From an uncultured Candidatus Saccharibacteria bacterium (GTDB lineage: Bacteria; Patescibacteriota; Minisyncoccia; UBA9983), in NCBI GenBank assembly GCA_964456855.1, contig CAYWCU010000001.1:8442-72441 (forward strand): 64,000 nucleotides of DNA, written 5' to 3'. Shown piece by piece: positions 21,509-30,080 of the stretch. The notes beneath the pieces were generated by a model. That model searched no databases. It was not told the DNA's origin and worked only from the letters and a program-made list of their open reading frames with translations. The translations under genes and the position numbers were made by a program. Every line of letters begins with the position of its first letter. Position 1 is the stretch's first letter.

Positions 21509-21698
21509 CGTTGTTTTGTCGGTTGTGAGTTATTTATTGAATGTATTGTTTAGAACGAAAAATCCTTGATTTCTTCTCCAAAAACCAAGAGAAGAAATCG
21601 GGCTAATGACCGAGGGCAAAACAACCGTAAAAAATAACTCGTGCCGGAAAAAATGGAGATAGAAATTAAAAAAACAGGGATAGTTGGGTGTTTTTATT

Positions 21699-22223
21699 AT
21701 GAAAATCTTATTTAAATTTTTGGAATTTGTGACTAAACTGCAGTATTTGGCGCAGCCGTCTTATGTCAAAGATGAGATTCGCCTGCAAAAAATGCTCCTG
21801 TGGAGCGCCAGGGTTTACTATTTTTATTCAGGACTTCTTTTTATTTTCATAAAGTCCGCTGATTATTTCAACATAAGCGTCCATTATTCGGTTTTCACCG
21901 CCCTTTTCGCGCTTCAGGCGGCGATACTATTCTACACACTGCAAACTTACAGAAGATTTTTTTTCGTTTCCGTCAGACTCAAGCGGAATTTTGCGTTGAA
22001 ATTATCCTTTTTCTTGTGGCTCCTGATTTTTTTTCTGATGAGCATTGAACAGATTATCGGCTACCCCATCTTCTCTGGAAGCATTCTGATTCTTATAGCA
22101 AGGGGAGGAGGCATCTTTTGGGGTAAATTACTGACGAACGGATTTTTTTGGGGCTTTTTCTTCGCCGTCATGGGAGTAATCGGAGAATTTTTATTGCGAA
22201 AAATCAACAATAATAAATTATGA
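21699..22223 (+). CDS. Integral membrane protein
   Basis: About four hydrophobic helices. Confidence 0.7.
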   Translation: MKILFKFLEFVTKLQYLAQPSYVKDEIRLQKMLLWSARVYYFYSGLLFIFIKSADYFNISVHYSVFTALFALQAAILFYTLQTYRRFFFVSVRLKRNFALKLSFFLWLLIFFLMSIEQIIGYPIFSGSILILIARGGGIFWGKLLTNGFFWGFFFAVMGVIGEFLLRKINNNKL

Positions 22224-23158
22224 AAAAACAAATTGTATTTATTCACGGGGGAGAAACTTTTGATTCGCATGAGGCCTATTTGGATTTTTTGAGGAATTGC
22301 GAATTTAACCCCGAAAAAGGGAAAGAAAAGAGATGGAAGGATTCCCTGCTGGAAAGTCTTGGAGATGATTTTGAGGTTATCGCGCCAACAATGCCGTGCA
22401 AGTTCAATGCCAAATATAAAGAATGGAAGATTTGGTTTGATAAGGTTGTCCCTTTTTTGAGAGATGGAGTGGTTTTAATCGGGCACTCTCTCGGAGGAAT
22501 TTTTCTCGCGAAATACTTGTCAGAAAACGATTTTCCCAAAAAAATCTCGGCGATATATTTGATTGCCGCCCCTTATGACGCCGAGGATTCGGAATATTCA
22601 CTGGCTGATTTCACACTTCCGAAAAGTTTGGAAAAACTGCGGAGACAGGGCGGAAAAATTTTTATTTATCATAGCGAAGACGATCCCGTGGTTCCGTTCT
22701 GGGATTCGGAAAAGTATCTCCGGGCGTTGCCGGACGCGGAAAAAACAATTTTCAAGGACAAGGGCCATTTCCTGCAAGAGGAGTTTCCGGAAATGGTTGA
22801 AAGTGTTAAGAAAATACCATCTGGATCGGCGCAAAAAACGCTAAAATTCAAAGAACATCTCGTGCCACTCATATTGTCTGGCGAAAAAACCGTCACTTGG
22901 CGGCTTTTTGACGATAAGGATTTGCGGGTCGGAGACAAGGTGAATCTGATAAATGCGGACTCAAGAGAAATATTCGGCAGCGCCAAGCTGACGGAAATCA
23001 AGGAAAAGCCTTTTGGTGAAATAACGGATGAAGATTTTGATGGGCACGAAAAATTTGAAAGCGAAAAAGAAATGTATGAAACATACAAAAAATACTACGG
23101 AGGCAAATTGAGCAAAGATACGACAGTCAAAATAATCAAGTTCAAGTTGGATGAATAA
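22220..23158 (+). CDS. RBBP9/YdeN alpha/beta hydrolase fused to an ASCH domain
   Basis: FIHGG, GHSLGG, HSEDDPVVP, GHF; then ILSGEKTVTWRLFDDK. Confidence 0.82.
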   Translation: MKKQIVFIHGGETFDSHEAYLDFLRNCEFNPEKGKEKRWKDSLLESLGDDFEVIAPTMPCKFNAKYKEWKIWFDKVVPFLRDGVVLIGHSLGGIFLAKYLSENDFPKKISAIYLIAAPYDAEDSEYSLADFTLPKSLEKLRRQGGKIFIYHSEDDPVVPFWDSEKYLRALPDAEKTIFKDKGHFLQEEFPEMVESVKKIPSGSAQKTLKFKEHLVPLILSGEKTVTWRLFDDKDLRVGDKVNLINADSREIFGSAKLTEIKEKPFGEITDEDFDGHEKFESEKEMYETYKKYYGGKLSKDTTVKIIKFKLDE

Positions 23159-23179
23159 GATTTGGAAAATAACACTCAT

Positions 23180-23755
23180 ATGAAGAAAATTATTATCATC
23201 GGCACAATACATGGCGGTTCCACTCCAAAAGAAGAGTTGGAGGAGGTTTTGAATAATATAAATCCGGATCAAGTGTTGGTGGAACTTTCCTATGAAGAAT
23301 TGAATAACCGACCGAGAGAAAATTCCATCCGGGATGAAATGTTTGCCGCTTACGATTGGGCAGTTAGAAATAAAAAGAAGACGGATTGCTTTGACATTGA
23401 AAGCAACACGCTGAAAAAGGGTGTAACGGGAAAAGAACTGGAGTTTTTGAAACTTGAAATGAAAGTCAAGGAACTCCTTAAGGGTTATTCATGGAAAGAC
23501 TTGAACAAAGAGGAACCGTGGGAAATACCCGAGGTCGCTGAACTGGAAAATGAGATTATTGAAAAATACTTTAATGCCGAAAAACAAAAAGAAAGAGAAT
23601 ATAAGATACTGGAAATTGCCCGCGGAAAATTGATTGACGGCGTGAATGTAATCGTCACTGGCGCCGGGCACCTGTCCTTTTTCAAAAAAGAAATGCCGGA
23701 GGCGATATTTCCTCTCCGAGATTGGAGAGAAACGGGTAAGAGCGCAAAACAATGA
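23180..23755 (+). CDS. Hypothetical protein (TraB-like motifs)
   Basis: IIGTIHG, PDQVLVE, VTGAGH. Confidence 0.65.
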   Translation: MKKIIIIGTIHGGSTPKEELEEVLNNINPDQVLVELSYEELNNRPRENSIRDEMFAAYDWAVRNKKKTDCFDIESNTLKKGVTGKELEFLKLEMKVKELLKGYSWKDLNKEEPWEIPEVAELENEIIEKYFNAEKQKEREYKILEIARGKLIDGVNVIVTGAGHLSFFKKEMPEAIFPLRDWRETGKSAKQ

Positions 23756-24144
23756 ACAATAAAGAAGATTATTTTGAAAAATTGGTTGATGAAGCCATTT
23801 TGGCGTTGCCGGAAAAAATAAAGAAAGCGATGGATAATGTGGCTTTTGTGGTTGAGGAGGAGGCGCGGTGGAAAAAGGCCGGAGAAATGGGGATTAAAAA
23901 GAATGAAGTGTTAATCGGATTATACGAGGGTATTCCGAAAATTAAGCGGGATGACGGATATTTTGGGGTGTTGCCGGACAAGATTACCATTTTTAAAAAA
24001 CCGATAGAGAAATTAAGTGGCGGAAGCGGAGAAAAATTGAAAAAACTTGTCAACGAAACTGTGTGGCATGAAGTCGGACACCACCTGGGGCTTGATGACG
24101 CGGAGATTAAAATTCTTGAAGCAAAAAGGCGGAGAAGGGGTTGA
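23752..24144 (+). CDS. Minimal zincin-like metallopeptidase
   Basis: GLYEGIP, LPDKITIF, WHEVGHHLG. Confidence 0.88.
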   Translation: MNNKEDYFEKLVDEAILALPEKIKKAMDNVAFVVEEEARWKKAGEMGIKKNEVLIGLYEGIPKIKRDDGYFGVLPDKITIFKKPIEKLSGGSGEKLKKLVNETVWHEVGHHLGLDDAEIKILEAKRRRRG

Positions 24145-24224
24145 GGGAAATTCGTAAAAACAAAACCAATACCGAACTTTCGCGCCGGCTTTCTTTAAAA
24201 CTCCTGCGGGGGTAAAATAAACAA

Positions 24225-24551
24225 ATGAAACGAGAAATAATCACATTGTCGGGAAACACGAGATTCAGAGATCGATTTAAGGAAGTGGAAAGAAAACTGA
24301 CATTGGAAGGCAAAATCGTCCTCCCGCCGGCAATATACGGCAAAAGCGAAGGGATTGAACACTCCCCCACCACAATCAAACTTCTATACGAATTGCATCT
24401 CGCCAAAATAGACATTTCCGACGGCATTTTCGTGATTGATGTTGGCGGATACATAGGCGATTCCACCCGGAAAGAAATAAAATACGCGAAAAACAAAAGG
24501 AAATTCGTAAGATACTATTCAAGAGATTTTAAAGACACGAAAATGAACTAA
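24225..24551 (+). CDS. Nucleoside deoxyribosyltransferase-like hypothetical protein
   Basis: ITLSGNTRF, HLAKIDISD, GYIGDSTRKEI. Confidence 0.7.
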   Translation: MKREIITLSGNTRFRDRFKEVERKLTLEGKIVLPPAIYGKSEGIEHSPTTIKLLYELHLAKIDISDGIFVIDVGGYIGDSTRKEIKYAKNKRKFVRYYSRDFKDTKMN

Positions 24552-24605
24552 CACCCCTAAAACCTGTTATCGCGACAAAACAAAAATACCGAACATGCCA
24601 ATTCT

Positions 24606-24866
24606 ATGAAAAACATCTGTGTTTACATATTAAAGTGCGGTGACGGCACGCTTTACACCGGTTCAACCGTGGATTTGGCGAAACGGCTTCGGGAGCATAA
24701 TGAGCTGAAAAGCGGGGCGAAATACACAAAGGCGCGCCGCCCGGTGGCTCTCGCGTATCAAGAAAAATGCAAAACACTCGCGCTCGCCCGCGAACGCGAA
24801 GCGGAAATCAAACGAATGACCAGAAGCGAAAAACTCGCCCTCGTGAAAAAGCCCAAAAAGCCATAA
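24606..24866 (+). CDS. GIY-YIG nuclease (YhbQ/YazA-like)
   Basis: [31 protein letters not shown]. Confidence 0.9.
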   Translation: MKNICVYILKCGDGTLYTGSTVDLAKRLREHNELKSGAKYTKARRPVALAYQEKCKTLALAREREAEIKRMTRSEKLALVKKPKKP

Positions 24867-24945
24867 AATAAAAGGAAAAGATGGGCTTCCCTATCGGCGG
24901 AAGCCCTTGAATCACGCTGGAAAAAATCCTTTAAATATGGGATAG
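24810..24945 (+). repeat. Cassette-boundary repeat, copy 1
   Basis: 29-bp core AAACGAATGACCAGAAGCGAAAAACTCGC (24810-24838) plus about 100 bp of imperfect similarity to copy 3. Confidence 0.9.
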
Positions 24946-24992
24946 TTAAAATATCAAAGGCAAAGACCGAAAAAGGATTTTGCAGAATAATT

Positions 24993-25703
24993 ATGGATAT
25001 TCCTCAAGACATTCTTAATAAATTTATAGTAAGAGAAGATTATTTGGAGTGGGTAAATAAAGAAACGTCCATTATCGCGTACTTGGATTTGACTAATATG
25101 TTCCACTGGCAAGATGTTTTGGGGTGGAAATTTCGCATAGAAGATTTAGCCGAGCAACTTTTTAGTTTTTCAAACATTAAGGAAATTAAAGTGTATTATG
25201 GCTTGAACGAAAGAGATATAAGGAACTCCGAGGCCTTTCATGCTCGCATAAGAAAAACAGGGGCAATTTTAAGAAAAAAGCCCATGAAATTTATTAAAAA
25301 AAACATTAATGAAGCCATGTTTTTCCAACGCCGCACAATGACATTATTTGACGGAGAGCAGTACATTAAAGAAAAAATTAATGAACTGATACAAGCGCTT
25401 AATGAGTCTGGAATAATCATTGAAGAGCCTAAATGTAATTTTGATGTTGAAATGGCAATGGATATGATTGATGATACAGAAAAAATGACAGCAGTGATGC
25501 TTTTTTCCGGAGATTCAGATTTAAAAGAACCCTTAGAGAGATTAAAGATAAAAGGAAAGAATATTGGTGTGGTGGGGGTGCGCGGAAAAGTGGCGGGAGA
25601 ATTGCACGAAATTAAGAACAAATATATTGATTTTGGTAAGTTTTATACAGGGAAAAGGGTCTATACAAAAAGCGAAAATCCCGCTTTGGGCGGGACCGCG
25701 TGA
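24993..25703 (+). CDS. NYN (PIN-like) domain RNase
   Basis: YLDLTN, KCNFDVEMAMD, LFSGDSD, YIDF. Confidence 0.88.
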   Translation: MDIPQDILNKFIVREDYLEWVNKETSIIAYLDLTNMFHWQDVLGWKFRIEDLAEQLFSFSNIKEIKVYYGLNERDIRNSEAFHARIRKTGAILRKKPMKFIKKNINEAMFFQRRTMTLFDGEQYIKEKINELIQALNESGIIIEEPKCNFDVEMAMDMIDDTEKMTAVMLFSGDSDLKEPLERLKIKGKNIGVVGVRGKVAGELHEIKNKYIDFGKFYTGKRVYTKSENPALGGTA

Positions 25704-25724
25704 TTAGTAGGATTGCTCCTACGC
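25667..25724 (-). ncRNA. Candidate antisense small RNA at the NYN gene 3' end
   Basis: Minus-strand TTGATA-N17-TATATT with extended TG; GTAGGA-GCAA-TCCTAC hairpin; terminator TCCCGC-CCAAA-GCGGGA-TTTT. Confidence 0.55.
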
Positions 25725-25763
25725 CATCAATATAGCATACCAAGTTGCTAGTATCAAGAGAAT

Positions 25764-25817
25764 TGTGGATAAGTGAAAACGAATGACCAGAAGCGAAAAA
25801 CTCGCACTCGTGAAAAA
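25764..25817 (+). repeat. Cassette-boundary repeat, copy 2
   Basis: 42 bp (25764-25805) identical to copy 3, including TGTGGATAA. Confidence 0.9.
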
Positions 25818-25866
25818 AAACAAAAAGGCCGTTGGAAATTAAAGGTTTTGAGTATAACATAAGAAA

Positions 25867-26268
25867 ATGAAAAAGGATTATTTAGAATGGCATAAGAAAA
25901 AAGAGAAAATTGACTGTAAAAATAAGCATATTTTTTTTCATGAACGAGAAGTTTGGTGGTGTTCTCTTGGTGTGAATGTCGGTTATGAGCAAGACGGAAG
26001 AGGAGACAATTTTTCCCGCCCCGTGGTTATATTGAAAAAATTTAATCTTGATATTTGTTTGGTTGTTCCGCTTACGACAAGCAAGAAAACGGGAAAGTAT
26101 TATTTTTCAATTGGAGATGTTGAGGGGAAAAACGCGTCGGCTGTATTGTCTCAGATAAGACTTATTGACCAGAAAAGGTTTTTTAAGAAAGTGGAGATGA
26201 TTGATGAAGAGATTTTTGATTGCTTAATTGACGCTGTTGTTAGTGTTAATTTTAAAAAAGGGGCTTAA
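25867..26268 (+). CDS. PemK/MazF-family toxin
   Basis: EREVWWCSLGVNVGYEQDG, RPVVIL, VPLTT, SQIRLIDQKR. Confidence 0.88.
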   Translation: MKKDYLEWHKKKEKIDCKNKHIFFHEREVWWCSLGVNVGYEQDGRGDNFSRPVVILKKFNLDICLVVPLTTSKKTGKYYFSIGDVEGKNASAVLSQIRLIDQKRFFKKVEMIDEEIFDCLIDAVVSVNFKKGA

Positions 26269-26322
26269 AACAGTTTGCCCCCGCTCCTTGCGGAGCGGGG
26301 GCGAGGCCGAGGCCGTTTGTAT
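26255..26322 (-). ncRNA. Candidate antisense small RNA at the PemK/MazF gene 3' end
   Basis: Minus-strand TTGACT-N16-TAATAT; GCCCCCGCTCC-GCAA-GGAGCGGGGGC 11-bp hairpin. Confidence 0.55.
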
Positions 26323-26372
26323 GTTCATATTATCAAATCCAACCCAAAAGTCAATAGAGCATATCAACAGGG

Positions 26373-26515
26373 TGTGGATAAGTGAAAACGAATGACCAGA
26401 AGCGAAAAACTCGCGTTCGTGAAAAAGGCCGTTAGGTAAGAAGGAAAGGACGAGCTTCTTTATCGGCGGAAGCCGGTGAATCGCGCTGGGAAAACCCCAT
26501 AAAATATGATATATT
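26373..26515 (+). repeat. Cassette-boundary repeat, copy 3
   Basis: 29-bp core at 26386-26414; downstream ...TATCGGCGGAAGCC..TGAATC.CGCTGG shared with copy 1. Confidence 0.9.
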
Positions 26516-26525
26516 TAGGGAAATT

Positions 26526-26618
26526 ATGGAAAAAGACGGGAAAACAAACCCGGCCTCGCGACAAGCGCAAAAATTAGCTAACGCTATCAGTGTATCAACC
26601 GATAAGCTTTTGAAATAG
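26526..26618 (+). pseudogene. Remnant of an XRE-type HTH regulator
   Basis: NPASRQAQKLANAISVSTDKLLK resembles the last helices of XRE proteins; ends 4 nt before the MTase. Confidence 0.45.
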
Positions 26619-26622
26619 AAAT

Positions 26623-27786
26623 ATGGCAAACAAAAATCTTACAAATGCAAAACGGGCAAAGAACGATGAGTTTTATACCCAGTTCGGCGATATCCAAAAA
26701 GAGATTGAGGCGTATTTGGAATACGATCCCGATGTATTTCGGGGCAAGGTGGTGTATTGTAATTGTGATGATCCGTTTGAGAGCAACTTCTTTCGCTATT
26801 TCGTACTCAATTTCAACAAGCTTGGATTGAAACAGCTTATCACCACCAGCTATAAACCTTCACCTATAGCCAACACGCAACTGGGATTGTTTGGCGATGA
26901 CAAGACCCTTGCGAAATCAAAAGGCCGTCCTAAGGTAAATGCTAACAAATTTATTATCAACGAAGTGGGTGATATGGATGGCGACGGCGAGTTCAATTTG
27001 AAAGATGTTGCCATACAGTTAAGGGCAAATAAACACAACGAATGGGAGCCCCTAGAAAATAATGGCGATTTCCGTAGTGATGAATGTATAAATCTACTTA
27101 AACAATCCGATATCGTGGTAACCAATCCGCCGTTCAGCTTATTCCGAGAATATGTAAAACAACTTATGGAGTATAAGAAAAAATTTGTGATCATCGGAAA
27201 TATGAATGCGATCACTTATAAAGAAATATTTCCTTTAATTAAAGACAATAAAATATGGCTTGGGGCTGGTAAAAACGATGGACGAAATGTGTGGTATCAA
27301 GTTCCTAATAATTACGAAAATTTTCACAAAGAGGAAAATGGCAAGAAATACGCATTTGTTGCGGGAACAATCTGGTTTACCAATCTTGATCACGGACGAC
27401 GCCATCAACCGTTGCCACTAATGACTAAAGCAGAAGTGATTAAATTTGGTACAAAAAAACCGTTCGAAAAATATGACAACTATAATGCAATCGAGGTATC
27501 ATTCGTTAAATACATTCCAAGTGACTACAAAGGTGTGATGGGTGTGCCAATCAGTTTTCTTGGTAAATATTCCCCCGATCAATTTAAAATTGTTGGAATG
27601 TGTGAAAATGAAGATTTGTATAAATTAAAAACAAAAGTTTATACAACGGCGGAGTGTAAGCAGGCATATTTAGATAAATTTGGCAAAAACGGAACTTATG
27701 ATTTGAACGCAAGTGGGGTGGTTATTCGAAACGGTTTATTGGAAAAAGTTTACCAAAGGATACTTATTAAACATAAGAAAAAATAA
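26623..27786 (+). CDS. EcoRI-family adenine-specific DNA methyltransferase
   Basis: [32 protein letters not shown]. Confidence 0.92.
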   Translation: MANKNLTNAKRAKNDEFYTQFGDIQKEIEAYLEYDPDVFRGKVVYCNCDDPFESNFFRYFVLNFNKLGLKQLITTSYKPSPIANTQLGLFGDDKTLAKSKGRPKVNANKFIINEVGDMDGDGEFNLKDVAIQLRANKHNEWEPLENNGDFRSDECINLLKQSDIVVTNPPFSLFREYVKQLMEYKKKFVIIGNMNAITYKEIFPLIKDNKIWLGAGKNDGRNVWYQVPNNYENFHKEENGKKYAFVAGTIWFTNLDHGRRHQPLPLMTKAEVIKFGTKKPFEKYDNYNAIEVSFVKYIPSDYKGVMGVPISFLGKYSPDQFKIVGMCENEDLYKLKTKVYTTAECKQAYLDKFGKNGTYDLNASGVVIRNGLLEKVYQRILIKHKKK

Positions 27787-27787
27787 T

Positions 27788-28954
27788 ATGAAAACAAACT
27801 TAAAAACTACCATTACCGTTAAAGATATCTGCGAAGGGTTTGTCTATAATGAACTTGAAGGCAAGGGCCTGTTTGGCTTGTCTGGCACGCTTACTATTCA
27901 GCCGGAGTACCAACGAAACTATATCTATGCCTTAGACGGCGGTAAAAAAGAGGTCGCCGTCATTGAGTCATTGCTCAAAGGTTACCCGATAGGTTTGATT
28001 TATTTCAATAAAGTAAACGACAAGAATTTAGAGGTTTTGGACGGACAACAACGCATTACTAGCGTTGGGCGATTTGTTAATGGTAAGTTTGCAATCAAGG
28101 ATGAAAACGGAATGCAATATTTCAGTACTATGGCAGAAGACAAGAAGTCCAAGATTTTAAAAACAAAACTTCTCATTTACGAATGCGAAGGTACTGAAAG
28201 TCAGATTAAAGAATGGTTTAAGACAATCAACATTGCAGGTGTCCCACTTAAACCCCAAGAATTTCTCAACGCTATTTATTCCGGACCATTTGTAACACTC
28301 GCAAAGGAAGAGTTTAGCAATAGCCAAAACGCAAATACGCAAAAATGGAGCGCGTACATATCGGGTGTCGTTAATCGCCAAGATTTTCTGGAGCAAGCGC
28401 TTGATTGGGTAAGCAAGGGAAACATTGACGATTATATGAGCCGTCATCGCAAAGATACAAATATTAAAGAGCTAAAAAATTATTTCAACAGCGTAATTGA
28501 TTGGGTTTCTGGGGTGTTTATAGATGTTGAAAGTGAAATGCGTGGTCTTGAGTGGGGGCGAATGTATAAGGAATATCACAAAAACGCTTATGATCCAAAG
28601 AAAGTTTCAAGGGAAGTTCACAAACTTTACGCCGATTCATATATCAAAAACCGTAAAGGTGTTTTTGAGTATATTCTCGGCGGTTCAACTGATACGAAAT
28701 TACTAAATGTCAGAGTATTTGACGAGGCAACTAAAAAGTCGGTTTATGCAAAGCAGACAAAGAGCGCAAAAGCTGGTGGTAAATCAAATTGTTCGCATTG
28801 CGCAATGGGTCATGATGCTAACAAAGAAAAAATTTGGGATCTTTCTGAAATGGATGCAGACCATGTTAGTGCTTGGAGTAAAGGTGGCGCGACAGATATA
28901 AAAAATTGTGAGGTGTTGTGTAAGACGCATAATCGGGCGAAAGGAAATCGATAA
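27788..28954 (+). CDS. DUF262 (GmrS-like) plus HNH endonuclease
   Basis: [21 protein letters not shown]...GG...[14 protein letters not shown]. Confidence 0.88.
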   Translation: MKTNLKTTITVKDICEGFVYNELEGKGLFGLSGTLTIQPEYQRNYIYALDGGKKEVAVIESLLKGYPIGLIYFNKVNDKNLEVLDGQQRITSVGRFVNGKFAIKDENGMQYFSTMAEDKKSKILKTKLLIYECEGTESQIKEWFKTINIAGVPLKPQEFLNAIYSGPFVTLAKEEFSNSQNANTQKWSAYISGVVNRQDFLEQALDWVSKGNIDDYMSRHRKDTNIKELKNYFNSVIDWVSGVFIDVESEMRGLEWGRMYKEYHKNAYDPKKVSREVHKLYADSYIKNRKGVFEYILGGSTDTKLLNVRVFDEATKKSVYAKQTKSAKAGGKSNCSHCAMGHDANKEKIWDLSEMDADHVSAWSKGGATDIKNCEVLCKTHNRAKGNR

Positions 28955-29009
28955 AAAATGTAAGATGTCATGCAAGAAGTGTAGTAGAAGGAAATTGGGG
29001 AATAAATTT

Positions 29010-30080
29010 ATGAAACAAGCAAATCAAAAATTAAAAGCAATTGATTTTTTCTGCTCAGGCGGAGGAATGAGTTTTGGTTTGCAACAAGCTGGAATAGATG
29101 TCATTGCTGGAATTGATTTTGATTCTGATTGTAAAGATACATACGAGGCAAATATAAAAGGAGCAGAATATATTCTTGCTGATGTTGAAGAATTAAATGC
29201 CGAGGATTTATCAAAAAAAATAGACATAAAAAAGAATGATGATGATCTTATTTTGGTTGGATGTAGTCCGTGCCAGTATTGGACAATTATTCGGACAAAT
29301 AAGAGTAAGTCTCAAAAATCAAAAAATTTGCTTCATGAATTTCATAGATTTGTTAAGTATTACAATCCTGGATATGTTGTTGTAGAAAATGTCCCGGGGA
29401 TTTTAAATAAACATAAAGAAAGCGGGCTAAATAAATTTGTAAAGGACTTAGAAAAGCAAGGGTATGCAGTTCGCTATGAAGTGGTGAATTTAAATGAGTA
29501 TGGAGTGCCAGAAACAAGAAAAAGATTTTCATTGATAGCTAATAGAGTAACTAAAGATGAATTATTTCCTAAAGCAAATAATTCTTGTCCAGTGGTCTCT
29601 GATTTTTTGGGCGAAAAAAACAGTTTTTATAAAATACCCGCTGGGCACAAGGATCCTACGGATTTAATGCATACAACAGCCAAATTAAGTAAAAAAAATA
29701 TAAAAAGGTTAAAATTGACACCTAAAAACGGTGGCACACGACAGGCATGGGCGGATACTGATCTACAAATTAATGCATATAAAAAGAAAAATTCCAATAT
29801 ATCATTCAGGGACACATATGGACGAATGTCTTGGGATAAACCAGCACCAACTATTACTACAAAATTTTTTAGCATATCAAACGGTAGATTTGCACATCCA
29901 AATGAAAATAGAGCAATTTCCATAAGAGAAGGAGCGACATTACAAACTTTTCCTAAAACATATAAATTTATCGGAGGTAGTATTGCTACAATCGCACGAA
30001 TGATTGGAAATGCTGTTCCTCCGCTTTTTGCTAAACAAATTGGAAAAACTATAATCAAAAATCATTATGACAAAAAATAA
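29010..30080 (+). CDS. DNA (cytosine-5)-methyltransferase
   Basis: DFFCSGGG, GCSPCQ, ENVPG, YGRMSWD, IGNAVPP. Confidence 0.95.
   Translation: MKQANQKLKAIDFFCSGGGMSFGLQQAGIDVIAGIDFDSDCKDTYEANIKGAEYILADVEELNAEDLSKKIDIKKNDDDLILVGCSPCQYWTIIRTNKSKSQKSKNLLHEFHRFVKYYNPGYVVVENVPGILNKHKESGLNKFVKDLEKQGYAVRYEVVNLNEYGVPETRKRFSLIANRVTKDELFPKANNSCPVVSDFLGEKNSFYKIPAGHKDPTDLMHTTAKLSKKNIKRLKLTPKNGGTRQAWADTDLQINAYKKKNSNISFRDTYGRMSWDKPAPTITTKFFSISNGRFAHPNENRAISIREGATLQTFPKTYKFIGGSIATIARMIGNAVPPLFAKQIGKTIIKNHYDKK

Noticed and set aside
25764-26381. Replication origin suggested by DnaA-box-like TGTGGATAA
   Set aside because: Only isolated single boxes (also near 57881), no cluster, and no dnaA/dnaN nearby
24810-26515. 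Integron attC array or CRISPR array
   Set aside because: The repeats lack RYYYAAC/GTTRRRY ends and attC-like symmetry, there is no intI in the window, and spacing is gene-sized
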